From: the human T2T-CHM13v2.0 reference genome, Homo sapiens
Length of the DNA: 64,000 bases
Reading direction: 5' to 3' (one strand)
Assembly (NCBI RefSeq): GCF_009914755.1
Contig: NC_060926.1
A model generated the notes under the pieces. That model ran no database searches. It was not told the origin of the DNA and worked only from the letters and a program-made list of their open reading frames with translations. The position numbers and the translations under genes were made by a program. Positions 1-14,509 of this stretch are shown here, in pieces (position 1 is the stretch's first letter; every line of letters starts with the position of its first letter).

Positions 1-1919
1 TCAAGCCCCTCTGAAGAGGGAGAGAACCATATTCACACTAGAAAGGATGAAGTAACTAGGGCATAATTGTACGATGACTTGGGAGTTATAAAGAGGAGGT
101 TCAGTCTTCTTGCCTTTTACGTTCTCTGAATGAAGTAGAGACTAATGCTTTTGGTCTCTTGGTGAATTGATTGCTCAGAGTTATAGGGACTATGCCTCTG
201 AGACCCCATCCAGACCGGCCTCCACCAAACCCACTTTAGATGATTTAATTTCAGCAAAGAATCCCTTCGGCCGTTTGTGTATTGACATACAAAAGCCAAG
301 GGGCATCTTTTCCTTCTAGATGTTATTGTGGTTCTGAATTGAGACTGACTCCTGCTGCTGCTGGTGTTGTGATCACCTTGGCAACAACTAATTGTCCTCT
401 GAAGGAGAAATCACTGTCAAGCACCTTAAACACTTAGAGCTTAGGGTCATTTAGTCCTTAGATTAACAGAGCAAACTTTTGAAACAGTCATTATTTTCCC
501 CATTTTACAGATGAAGGAAGGAGACTTAGAGAGGTCATTCAGCTATTACATTATACAGCAGGGTTTTGACTCTTTCTGTAATTAATTCCAAGATTTTGCT
601 TTTATACCCTGTTTAAAATATGCATAAATTCATCTAATAAAATAAGGAAGGGAATGTCCCATGGAAGGAGCTAGCGGAAGATGGCCCAGGGCATACACTT
701 TCCTTTGCCTGGTGTCACCACGGAGCATGTTTGAAAGGGAGAGTCCTACCTGCATTCATCATGACTCTGTGGATGGAGCAGAGAATCTAATATTTTTAAA
801 AACTCCCCAGGATAATTCTGATATCTGACTTCCCTAGAAAGTAGGCTAGATTTAGCCCTATACATTAATGAAATTGTTTATTCTAAGGAAATGTGTGATT
901 CTAATTTAGTTTGTGGTGTACTGATGGGGAGCTTTCCTTGAAGAAGTTTGGAGTTTAATTACAAGACAATATTATCAATAAGCACCTGTTTTATACTTCT
1001 TTCATGACTGAAGTAATATCTAGAGCAATGATAGGCACAGCACACGCTTTCTGGTTAGTTGGTTGGTTATTTAACGTGAAAGAGATGTGTATCATATGGA
1101 GGATGAGCATTATCTTGTAGGATATCCTTGTGTAAGGTGATTTCTCAAAGATAAAGGCAAGGAGATGATGAATAACCAAGGAGAAAGGAGCTCTTAGTAC
1201 TAACGTCCAGAAATTCCTCAATTCTTCTACGATGTGGGCCATTAAAGTTCTGATTTGAAGACATCCAGCTGCTAAAGAACAGTTTAGTACTTCATCTCTC
1301 AATGTCAGTTTCATTTTGTTTTCTCTTGTGACAGACGGTGCTTGCTTTGGTTAGCAGAAAGCAGATGATACTTGTTTTTATAGACATTTTGACGACGCAA
1401 GACGGACTCCTTAACATGATCGGTTAACCTTTTCTCCCCGTGTCTCTCTTTTTGCTTCGTCAGGTATTTCTGTGTCTTTTGCCAGTAATACCCTTTAACT
1501 TTTTTTTTCATTGTTTAAACTTCTATCTCCATACATTTACTTCTTTATATTGAAAACTTTTACTTTTCATGACATTCCCATTTGCTCTGAATTCTGCAGA
1601 AATATCTCATTTTAGCCAATTTATTACTTGGGCAGCACTTTCTTTTCTAAAGTTCATTTTTATTATCTTCCTGATTTTTCTTCTCATTTTCTTGGGATTT
1701 AGATTGTATTATCGTGTAGTTGCTTCTAACAGTATATACCAAAGGAATTTCTCTGTAATTCTTAACTAAATTAACAAAGAAGATCTGGATAAGTTTCTTC
1801 CTTTGAATTGTCCCTGTTGGTATTAGGAAATTGACCAAGGTGTAGCAAAGATATATATGATGAGCTGTGGTCCATGGACTGGATTCCTACCCTGAACATT
1901 TGATCATAATTGATGAAAA

Positions 1920-2150
1920 TAATTACTAATATGTATTGAGTATCTGCTGTGGCTCAGAATTGTACTAAACATTTTGCATCCATTATCTCTTTATTAATCC
2001 TCACAACAATGTACTAAACTCAATATTCATTTATCACCATTTTACAGATGAGGAAACTGAAGTATAAAAAAGAAACTTTTCCAAAGGTACAAAGGCAGTA
2101 CATAGTGTAGCCAAGATTTGAATGTAGATAGTTGCTTTAGACCAATGCTT
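1920..2150 (-). mobile_element. MIR SINE
   Basis: ttaatcctcacaacaa...cattttacagatgaggaaactgaag MIR core. Confidence 0.75.
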
Positions 2151-3174
2151 TGTCACTTCTCTGCTTTTAAAAACATTTTCTAAATATTGTTTTTGATATG
2201 TATACTCATTCATTACATATATACAAGTATATATTATTATATAAAGAACTGTTTAGTACTTTGTACTAAGTGCTTATATATAAGTACATATATATGTACT
2301 TTGTACTGAGCAGATATATATATATAAGCTCCCTTTGATTATTTAATATTATCTGAGATTAAGGTCTTTTTTTTCTAATATGTTAGCTAGGAAGCTCAGT
2401 TTTGGATGCATCTAATATATAAACCCCAAAGTTATCTTTTTAAAGGGCTGTTCCTGGAATGTTGACAAATCATTTTGTGTGGCTGAGCTTCAGTATTTTG
2501 AGTGTACCAAATATAATCAGTGTTTGACTGATTAAATATGTTACTTGCGAAATATTTTATTAGGTTTGCAAACTCTAACACATGGCCTGCTGTCCTGTTT
2601 CTGATAGCTAAGGGTGGATGTGGAAACTTTTAATACATGGAGTGTCTTCTCTTTGCTGATAGATGTTTCTGTAAAAAATGGATAAGGTGATGAGATCAGA
2701 ATCAACTGTGTTTCTTATGCAGAACTAGTGCTCGAGATGCATGCTAACTCCCTAGCTATGCATCTTATTAACTTGCCTAGCAGTTGGAGGTCTGCATACT
2801 GACTTTGAGAATATTTCATTACTGTATTTTTCTAAGGGAGGCTTTACATTTGCCGAAGAACTGACAAGATATGTGTCTCTATAACTCAACTTGTTTTGTA
2901 TTATGATCAATATGAAAGATTGCCTCTGATTACCTGGGGATGCCATGAAACTGTTAAGATATATTAGGTTTCTGGTTTATTTTCTAATTGACTCCTGTCA
3001 AATATAGTAAAAGGAGGTACATTGAAGAAAATTTTAGAATGTGATTTCTTTTTACTATTTTCCTTTAAGAATCTTTGTTCAATATTTGTCTTTTAATGTT
3101 TGCAACAATTTAAGAGAACAATGAAAAGAAAATTATCCTATTTTACAGTTGACAAAATAGAAAGGGAAACAAGG

Positions 3175-4018
<844 letters not shown>

Positions 4019-5735
4019 GATTCCCCAATGTCGTGACAGATTGAAAAAGGACTCATTATACATAAATTAGTTTCATCCTTTTAGTTATGAAATTATATAC
4101 TCTGAAGTGGACCTTCCAAAATATAAAATAGTTATAATGATTGAATTGGACTCTAATGACATAAATTTCAGGAAATGGCAGATATGAAATAAGGAGTCTC
4201 TGTTTAATAAGAAGCCAGGTTCCCAGGATTAGCATTGAGAGGATTTATTATCATTTGCAGTTTTTATCTGTTTTGTACATTTGCACAAAATAAACTGTAA
4301 GCAAATAAACTGTAAGCACCTTGAAGGAGGTAAATCGGATTCATCCTCTTTTCCCTGAAGGGTGCTGCTCCGTGCTGAGCCTCTGATTTCTTGTTCATTT
4401 GTTGATTGTTGTTACAGAGCTCTTTGATTACTAAGTAACTGCAAGAGGACTGGCCCAAGGAACACTGGGAAAAGGATCAGACTGGGTTTTCCGGCTTCAG
4501 GCTCTTTCTTCTCTCTTCTTCTCCAAGTCACATTGTCCCATCTCTCCTCCTCTGGAAGGCATGGGGAGCCTTTTGTCCTAGCAAGAGCTAAAGTTAGATT
4601 CTTCATTCATGATGCCTGGCAAAATGTGCTTTTTTTGCATTCTAATAATCATTAAAACCACCAAAAAGAGAGGCGATGAATTTCAGACGCAGTAAGAAAA
4701 TAAAAGGAATTTCTTCACAATAAGAGCTTCCTTGTCGTCCCCAAATCACACTCTGCTACTCTTCCCAACACTAGAAGATGTCTCCATCTCTATGTGACCA
4801 GTGATGGAGAAGGAGTGATCTGACATGGTTTAGCAATAGCATTGAGCATAATAATCTCTATGTCTGTGTAGACTTAGTGATTAGCTGGTTAATTTATATA
4901 CTTACATCTCCATCTCTTTGAGACAGAGTTTCTGACTTCTCTTACCTAACAGTACAGTGCTGATAAATAGAAACCTAGGATTAGAAAACCAGAACAAACA
5001 CAGGAAAAGAAAATATGCCACAGATTAACATAGTTACTATAGTTTCTGTGATTAGTGGTCAGATTTGACCTGATGGTAACCATAGCAAAAAGACAATCAT
5101 GAAAATTATTGGTTTCTCTGGCAGTGTTAGGTCAGCTCCAGACTCTTGCAGGATTTCTGACCCAATTTTTCTGCGGATCTTTCATTGACTTGGAGTACAT
5201 AGCATAATATAGAGTACATGCAATATCCACAATACTTAGAAAACTCACATTTTTGGTATTCTGGTGTCCAGACCTATTTGGACCAGCATCTGAAAAGATG
5301 AATAGCTGGTCCTGAGCTGTTAGGATATACAGAAAACAAGAAGTTTGTATGGTCTTAAGCATCAAGGAGAAAGAAATTTAAGTTTAGTTCTCTAGGCCAG
5401 GGCAACAATTCATCTATACACCAGAGGATGAAAGCAGTGTCTTATTTGAGGAAAGAATAACCCAGTGTCTCTCAGATGGCCTGCCTCTGCTGCCACAGTG
5501 TTGCTGCAGTTTAGTGAAGGTTGAAAATGGGGTGATGAGGGGCAGAAAGAACCTCCCAGCTTCAGGCTCTGGATTGAAAACCAAGGCAGAAGCTCTTCAG
5601 TGGTTTGGGTGTGTCTTCCTGGTCCACTTTCTTTAGAGGAAGATACAGGTAAATTTCTTGAGTTAATGCTTACAAAGATGTAACCATTGGTTATCAGTAG
5701 AAAGGTATGAGATATTTAGAGAGTTACACTGAAAT

Positions 5736-5780
5736 GAGAGAGAGAGAGAGAGAGAGAGATTGAGAGAGACACAGAGAGAG
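5736..5780. repeat. (GA)n microsatellite
   Basis: Direct reading. Confidence 0.9.
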
Positions 5781-6049
5781 AAATATTAAGGAGAATAAAA
5801 GAAGCAACATATTTTGTGCTTTGAACCATTTCAGACTATAAAAATTGAATTTAGCCCATTTCTTACCTATTTGCTCATTCAGGGATAATTTCTAATAAGT
5901 GATTTGAAGAGTGTGTGTGTGTGTGCCTGTGTATGTCTTGTTTGTGTCTGTTATATCAGCATGGGATATAACCTATGGGCTCCTGTGTTGATAACATAGG
6001 AGCCATGAAGATGCTGACAGGTGAGTGAAGATTGGGGTATACTTTACTC

Positions 6050-6940
6050 TTAATTTTTGTTCTCCAGCCCTCATTCCACTCTTATCTGCCACCTGACCCC
6101 ACATGCCACCTGAAATTACTGTCTTGAATAATCTTCATGTTTCTAAACTCAAAAGCCCCATCTTAACCTCTCTAGAGCATTTCATCATCCTCTCTTTCTC
6201 TGGGTAGCCTTTTCTATGTTTCTTTCTCAGTTAATGGCACTATCATTCCTTCTGTTATACAAATCAGAAACCCAGGAACTATCATTGACAACTGTCTCTT
6301 TCCTACACCCATATCCGTTACATCAGCAAATTTGGTCATCTTGACTCTCTCCCTCCCCACAGCCACCATCCTAGTCAAACATGTCATCATTTCTTACCTG
6401 GTCTGTGAAGTAGTTTCTTAAATATCTCCCCATATCTGCTCCTGTCTTTCTCTATTCTCTTCCCCACACAGTTACCAGATATGTACATCTGGCAATATTA
6501 TTGTTTCAAAATGAAAATTGCTACCATGGCCTACAAGGACCTGTATGCCTGGTCTTGCTTTCCTCTTAAGCATCATCTTGTGCTCCGTGCTTTTTGCATT
6601 CTTGACACATGTTCTTCTTTCAGTTCCTCAGGCCTGCTAAGCACATAATTGCCACAGGGCCTTTGCACATGCTATACTCAGACTGCAATATTCTTGCCTC
6701 GTTTGTTTCACCTGGCTAGTGCTGTTTTGTTTTTAGATTTTAGTATGAGGGTCACTTCTTCATAGAAGCTCCCTCTGAGCTTTCTTACTAGGTTCTTTTC
6801 TCCTTTTATCTCTCACATAGCAACATGGTCTTCTCCTGTCAATGCCTGTCTTCTGCTAAACTGTAAGCTTCATGAGAACAAGAATTATGTTTGTTTTTGC
6901 ACCTGACACAGAGCATGCACTCAGTAACTAATTGCTGAAT
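6050..6940 (+). mobile_element. L2 LINE fragment
   Basis: ctaaactgtaagcttcatgagaaca...gcactcagtaactaattgctgaat L2 3' end. Confidence 0.7.
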
Positions 6941-9900
6941 TAGCAAAATCCTATTTCTTCTATGAACTCTTTGTTAGTTATTTACATCTGCATGGAACTG
7001 TCCCTTTCCAAGGCCACTCTATTATGTATGAGTCTTCCTTTGTTCTCTTTCTTACTGTATTTTTGAGTTTTCTTCTAACTACATGGTAGGTTCTGTAAGG
7101 ACAGATTGTAATTTCTGTGAGGAGAAGGAGCATATCTAATTCTTAAAAAAAAAAAAAAGTCCTCCAGAGTGCCCAGAATGCTTTTGAGCACATAGTAGGT
7201 TTTGAACCACGACTTGAAGATCAGTGTACCTTTGTTCCTATATATGTGGAAGTTCAGCCACAGTGTTTTGCACATAGCATCTCTTTTCTTGGCTTTCTCC
7301 TTCAACCACCTCAGATATGGGACAGGTTGGGGATAGATGAGAGGTGGGAGTAGAACCATTGATTTGCATCCTCTTCTCTGTGGGAGCTTTCTGGAACCTT
7401 GGAGAGGACAGGCTTAAACTCTTCACCTTTCAGATTAGGAAACTGAGCCCCAGATGGGAGAAACTCTTGCACTGCATGGGGCAGGTGTGCAGTAAATTGT
7501 ACCAGGCTGAGTAACTAATTAGAAGAAAATCTGTGGTCATAACTTGGGTCCCCTGACTCCAGGCCCATTGTTCTTTGCTAGGTTGTCTCATTTAAATTTG
7601 GAGAAGAAAGATTAAGCACTCATTAATAAGATGAGGAGCACATACTGGGAATCAAAATTAATAGGGACAGGGAAAGCCATGAAGATCCTGAGGGAAAATA
7701 TGGGTCTGTGGGTGAAGCCAGGAAGAGCAGGCATGGGTTATATATTTGGCTAAAACCATTATCTAGAATTTATTTTTCTTTGAAGCATATACATTCCATC
7801 TATTTTCCTTCTGTCTTACTACTTTAATCTTCATTTATAGAATAATTATACATTAAAACATGCCTTTACAAATATCCTTTCCCTCTTGCCTCTTTTTATC
7901 TTTTTTATATTTTTATTATACAAGCTCTAAGTTGTGGCCCCACTGGGTATTATAGTCTGTAACTGCGAATGGTAGTGTGTGTGGCTTAGTTTATGTTCAG
8001 ACACAAATCTAGTTGTGTTGTTTTCCCAGCCCGTCTATGCCTTTCCTTTTCCTAGGTACCAGATGTCATTTTCTTTGTATGCCTGTGCGCGCACACACAC
8101 ACACACACACATACCTGAGTGTGCATAAACAAAGATTAAATTGAAGTGAAATACTGTGACATATGGTACCTGAAAAATCAGAGTCTCAGTAGCAGATCCG
8201 TAATCAAGGGTGCAGATGTTTGGCATTTGACAAATGAAATTTTTTATGTAAAACTGTTTTAGTACATTAAGTCAAAAGATGGAAAATTAGCTGCATACCA
8301 TAATGAACATTTTCTTCCATTGAAAAGGAATAAAATGAGAAAATTAACCAAACAAATAAGTTAGGCCCCCAGTGATCCTATGAATATGTTTTTCCAAGTA
8401 CTCAGATTTCATTTTTATTGCCTCTTGGGGGTTCTTTTCTTCTGCCTTCATTATTCAGTTTACTACACAGATAGTGTGTTAAGGTGTTCTAAGTTTCATT
8501 AACCTTAAAGTATTTGGAAATAGATTTTCATGGGGATACTGTAATGTTTTCTTTCTCCAATGCTGAATTTTATTGTAAATGTATTTTCTTCTTCTCTCTA
8601 TCCTTTCAGACTTTTGTTTCCCATTTTATCTTAGTTTCTAAAACATCTTGTCTCTTCTAAACACCTTTACTTAGCTATTTCAAATGGGTATCAGCCTATT
8701 TTTCAAATGTTTCATTGTCTGTATCATTGTCATTAAATTCAGTTCCATATACAATTTGGCATTTAGTTATGCCCTGTCGAAATTGCTTTTTGCTTAGTGC
8801 GTGCTATTATTTTACTCCACCTTGATTGTAAATTCCTTAAAATTAGGAGTTTGATCTTGGGATAAGTGATCCATAAATCCCCCTTGATTCCTTTTGGACT
8901 GTTTTTAGAAAAGGAAGCAGTCATACTGCTTAGCAGAAAATGACATATGTGGATCAATTATAAATACATAAAATGATAATCAACTAGTAATTGCTATCAA
9001 TAAACTGATTTGGCATTTCTTCTCAATCTTTTGGAACTATGCCACCTGTTTCCTAGTTTGCCTTCTTTGTTTGGTGGTCTGGAGTTCTCGGCCTGTAGAA
9101 TCTTTTTTTTTTTTTTTTTTTTTAGCCATATTCAATTTTCCAATGGGATTTTCATCCTCTTTTCATCAGAAACAACTCAAAATTATATTTCCTAACAGTA
9201 TTTTTACATTAAAGACAAATATGGATCTCAGTTAAAGATTAAAAATAACATACATATTTAGTACTTAATATTTGTATAATATTCTCCTTCATCTCTTTAT
9301 TTGACCCATATAACCTAATCCTAGGCAGGCATTTATATTTTGGTTTATGAATGAGAAAACAGGATAAATGATCAGGCAAAGCCCATATAGCTGTTGAATA
9401 GCAGAGCTTGAGTTCCAACCTAATCATCTGGCTTCAGATTTTTGGGCCTCCCAGAGGCATTGTGTCTTTGGTAGAATAGCTAACCTTTAAGTACACACTA
9501 TTGTGTTTGATGCACTGTGTAAAGAGGTATTCTCCAAAATGCACAACAAGGCCATTTCTCTATGGCAAAGACATAACTGTTACAATGTTTTGCCTAGTGA
9601 CATAGACTTGTGCAAAAAGACATGGACATCACCTGTTGGTGGATGTGCCAAAGGCTGGTGTCCCAAAAGAGAAATGCCCAGTGTTAGAGTTGAATGGTTT
9701 TAGATGCTTTCGAAAGAAACTTAAGGCCCTACCAAATATCATCCTTTGAGGATATACTCCTTGGTCTTGGCAAATGAGCCTAGGTATACAATCTTCCTTT
9801 TCTTTCCTAGCCCACTTATATAAGGCTTATCCTTCCTTTAAGCCCAGCGCAGTCCTTCTGTATGGGCCTTTTCTATGTTGCTCAGGATACTGAGATATCT

Positions 9901-10101
9901 TGCTTTTAGGAAACTCCTGTAATAATTGTCCTGCTCATTTGGCACCTAGCAAATGTATTAGCTTAATTTCATTATAAATGTTTTGCTTCCTCAACTGAAT
10001 TTAAAGGCTGTTGAGGCTGGAACCATGCTTGTGCATTTTGTATTAGCAATTTGACCATAGTACCTTATACCCAGTAGGCTATAATAAGTACTGGTTGAGA
10101 T

Positions 10102-10150
10102 GGTTATTAGGGTTTTCCAGAAAGAACAGAATCAATAGGATATACATCCT

Positions 10151-10188
<38 letters not shown>

Positions 10189-10607
10189 CACACACACATA
10201 TATACAATTGTGTGAGATATATATATCTCACACAGTTATGGAGGATGAGAAGTCCCATGATATGCCATCTGCAAGCTGGAGAGCTGGAAAAGCTGGTGGT
10301 GTAGTTCCAACTGAGTTTGAAGGCCTGAGAACCAGGGGGGTGGATGGTTTAAGTCTCAGTCTGAGGACAGGAGAAGACTGATGTCCCAGCTTATGCATTC
10401 AGTCAGAAGGGACAAATTCCTTCTTCTGCCTTTTCTTCTATTCAAGACCTAATGGTTAGGTTGATGCCCACCCACATTGCAGAAGCCTATCTACTTTACT
10501 AAATTCACTGATGTAAATGCTAATTTTATCCAGACACACTCAGAAATCATGTCTACACTGGGCACCCAATCTCCCAGTGAAATTGACACATAAAATTAAT
10601 CATCACA
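10102..10607 (-). mobile_element. MLT2-family ERVL solo LTR with internal (TG)n/(TA)n
   Basis: ttagggttttccagaaagaacagaatcaatagga ... aaattgacacataaaattaatcatcaca are the MLT2 termini. Confidence 0.85.
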
Positions 10608-11066
10608 ACATGGAGCTGTCCCCAGTGGTCCTCATCACTTTGCCACTGGCTATCCCAGTCTCCAGTCATTAATACAACTTAAAAGAATACAGAGATCATT
10701 TGTTTTGCATATAGCATATAACAAGAACTATGCTGGTCCAGATGGTATCAATATCCCCATTTTATAGTTAAGACACTGAATCTCAAAGTAACTTGCCTGA
10801 AGTTACCAAGTAGGTGGCCGACTTGGGATGCATTCTTTCTTCTACCACTCTTGAAGCCTGGCCAGTATTCATCCTCTAGTTATACTTTATCTCACTCTTA
10901 CGTTTGCTTTACACCTGAGAATATTGGTAGCTAGACAACAATTTGTGGATTTTCCTGATGAAACCATCACTCTTCTACTGATCTCTTAATAGACTTTATT
11001 TGTGTTGGGTGATTATCATATTGGTAGAAATTCATACTCTAATAAGTTTAAAAGGAGAGGGGAATT

Positions 11067-11373
11067 GGCTGGGTGTGGTGGCTCACGTCTGTAATGCCAG
11101 CACTTTGGGAGGCCGAGGTGGGCGGATCACGAGGTCAGGAGATCAAGACCATCCTGGATAACATGGTGAAACCCCGTCTCTACTAAAAATACCAAAAATT
11201 AGCTGGGCATGGTGGCGGGTGCCTGTAGTCCCAGCTACTCGGGAGGCTGAGGCAGGAGAATGGTGTTAACCTGGGAGGTGGAGCTCGCAGTGAGCTGAGA
11301 TAGTGCCACTGCAGTCTGGCCTCGGCGAAAGAGCGAGACTCCGTCTCAAAAAAAAAAAAAAAAAAAAAAAAAA
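11067..11373 (+). mobile_element. AluY-like element
   Basis: Full dimer, ggatcacgaggtcaggagatc / gaatggtgttaacc, long A tail, degenerate TSD gagagggg/caatt. Confidence 0.95.
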
Positions 11374-14300
11374 AGAGAGAGAGAGAGGGCAATTATATGC
11401 ATAGATCTTGATTATTTTCTATTTTTTTTTTTTTTTTTTTGCAATTAACTGTTTGGTACTTTTAATGACCAATCTCTTTCCTTTTTAGATTTAAGGCAAT
11501 AATTAGAGCTAATCTCTGCTGGGCGAACTATGAAGGGTCAAGTGTGGGTCATATAATTCAAAGAGGTTTGTAATGAATATAGTTAGAAATATCCTACTTT
11601 GTGATTTTACTTTTGTGTATTCAAAGTCACATTTCTGACAACTACTGATTTGGAGCCTAGTTTATAGAAGGGGGTGTTTTTCACTCAGGCAAAGTGCAAA
11701 AGGTCAAGTAGAATAATTTAGACCATCATTAAGCGTCTTTCTTTCTCATATGTCATAGGTCTCCTTGCTCAGCCTTTGATGAGGGGAAGAAGATGAAAAA
11801 GGTTTGATCCAATGAGGGAAGTTTTTTGAGATGTGGATAATCACTTCATAAAAATTGTAAAATTCACTAATTAATAAAAATATTCACTAAAAGTTTCACT
11901 CATCTAAAATGCATGGCATGGCCTCCAAATCCCCATAGATTTTTTTTGAGATTAATTCCTGGAATTTTAGAGTTTAATAGTTTAGCCAGAACTCTTATCA
12001 GAACCTTTTCCTGCTAGAGAAGTTGTTCCCGTGACTAATAGGTAGCTAGTACACAGCAGTATGATGATATATCATGTCAAAATATTGAAATATTTCCATG
12101 TTGTTTGGTAAATGACACTGCCCTGACTTGCTGAAACTTCTCACAATCCAAGAGCTAAAAGGTTAATGTCTAGTACACTAGAGGCCAGAGAGGACCCAGC
12201 CCCTGGTCAGCATCTATCCTGTTGGTGGTGAAGTGTTTTAAATATCACCGTTGGTTGTTCTTGCACAGTCTTTCTGCCATAGAACACACTCACAGCCACA
12301 GTGGCTATGGTCCTTTGCTGCTCTTTGTCAACCTGAGAGTTGACTTTTGAATGCTGACAGACGTTGCTGTAATATAAAATTAGTGGTAGAGTCTTCTCAG
12401 TTGTAGATACAATGCCTTAAAAATATGCCATATATCTAGGTAAAAGTGAAGGGACAAATCTAAGTTTTGCTTCCTTATTTTGTTACTACTGTTGTTTCCC
12501 AAGGAAAGCCATGTAGGTTGACTGTGACCCTGTGACGTATTTGTGGAGTTCTCAGCATCTCGGTGTCAGAGTTTTATGCTGGAAATGTCTAGGACTAGGG
12601 GTATAGTGTTAGTATCTGTGATTGTAGATGGAAATACATTCTATAAATTGTGAAATGCTTTGACTCCAGGATTTTTTAAAAGAAGATGATTTTATGAGGT
12701 TAATGATACAACTCCAATAGTAGTAACTGCAGTAGAGCACAACAGTTAGCACTGTTTGGACAGCTGCTACTTACCACTCAGTTTTATATGGACAATTGAC
12801 CTCTAGAAAATACCAAATAGATACTAATAAATCTACTAATAAATCTATGTTATCTTCTGTATTTTAGGTAACAATAGAATGGTTTAAATAATTAATGAAA
12901 TAAGGTTGGATGTAAATGTTCAAATGTCCCCATTGTCTTTTTTTCCCTCATAAAACCAGTGAGAGAGGTCCTACTGTGTATTTTACAAAGACGAATTGGC
13001 TTGATAGCAGCCATATTATTTTGAATAGTGGAGCCAAAGCTGAGACTTAGATTTGCCTCCAGAGCCAACACGCAACTCTGATCACACCTACTCTGATACT
13101 GGGGCATCTTCTAATTATCAGGACTCTATTTCTATACAAAGCTTAATATTTTAAGTAACGGACTTTTAAAGTTACAGAAAACTGACAGGTCATACAACAA
13201 AACATAACAAGAACACCTCTTTAAATTGAAAAAAGAAGACTAAATTTGTTGTGTTTTCATACCATAAAGTGAGTGAAAAGTAGGATGATATTTGAGCTCT
13301 TTAATTGAGTCCAGGTGTAACTCTCTCATGACTGCTAAGCCATTTTTTCTTAGTTATTGAAATAAGGTTATTAACATTAGCTTGCCTCATAGGAGATGTT
13401 ATGGAGTGTTGACAAACTTTTAAATTAGCAATATTGATGATGCAAAGTATCATGATATAGAATGTGAATTCATTATATTTTTTAGTTGTGAGGAGGCTCT
13501 GATTGTAACATCTTTTGCCTCATGCATGTCAGGAGTAGATTAGACTCTTCAGCAAGCTGACTTTTATACCCATACTCCCTCTACACTCTGTGGGAAACCT
13601 TTTGAATTATATATTTCGTCTTTGCGGGGAGTAACCCTTTGTTTTAGCATCTTCATTCTATGTTGTAAAGAATACCTAAAATAACTCTTGTACTTCAGTT
13701 TCCTCACAAAGTGGAGAAATGAAAGATTAATATATATTAGTCCTTTCTGAAAATATGCCATACTTCCTGAATTCCATGGCCCAAGAAGAGAAACTGGTAC
13801 ACATTTGAGTTGTTAGATAAAGGACTGAATCTATCCCTGATAATGATGAAAGAACACAGGGGTTTGAGTTGCATAAAGACAGAGAAAATGACTGAGAATT
13901 AATGTCTGTTTATTTTTGCTTTCGGGGAAGAAATTAAACTAGTCTCATCAAAGTTATTTAGGAAGTTTGCGACTACTCTTTAATCTTTGTTTCCGAAAAC
14001 AGCAGACTGCATTATTAGAAAGGAGATCATTGCGTGTGGGAAGAACATGCAGCTGTTGTCTGTTTTCAAATATGAAATTAAAGAATTTGAAGTTAATTTC
14101 AGAGCTAAAGAAAACTGCTAGTCAAAACAGTGTAAGCCATTTTGGAAATATTATTGTATTATTTAACACATATTTATTCAAAAAGTGTGTATGTGAGCTG
14201 CAATGCAAACGTCTTATGGATGTAATCGCACATGAAAATGTCACTAATGCTGAGCTCCAACTACAAATTGAACAACTGGACCTGAGGGTGTTAATTTGGT

Positions 14301-14509
14301 CTCTTTGTTTCAGATGGTCCATACTCAGCTGTTTCCATACTTGAGAAGAGAGAGCCTTTTTTCATCTTCACTGTCAGGAGGTCCATATGCATGCAGTATT
14401 TTAATTTCATATTGTCTAGTCCTGTGGCTAGCAGGGATGAGATTTATTAGTGTGTGTACATTCACTTTTTGTATATATTGTATTAATTGGTAAAGCCACC
14501 TTGCGACCT

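Noticed and set aside
1330-1470. Small CpG cluster
   Set aside because: Only about 7 CpGs at low GC content; not a CpG island or promoter.
4360-4380. REST/RE1-like gggtgctgctccgtgctgag
   Set aside because: Half-site spacing and the GGACAG half do not match the 21-bp consensus.
5030-5083. GGTCA-gatt-TGACC (ERE-like) inside short inverted ends atagttactat/atggtaaccat
   Set aside because: Spacer is 4 nt rather than 3. More likely a tiny decayed DNA-transposon remnant, and I cannot assign a family.
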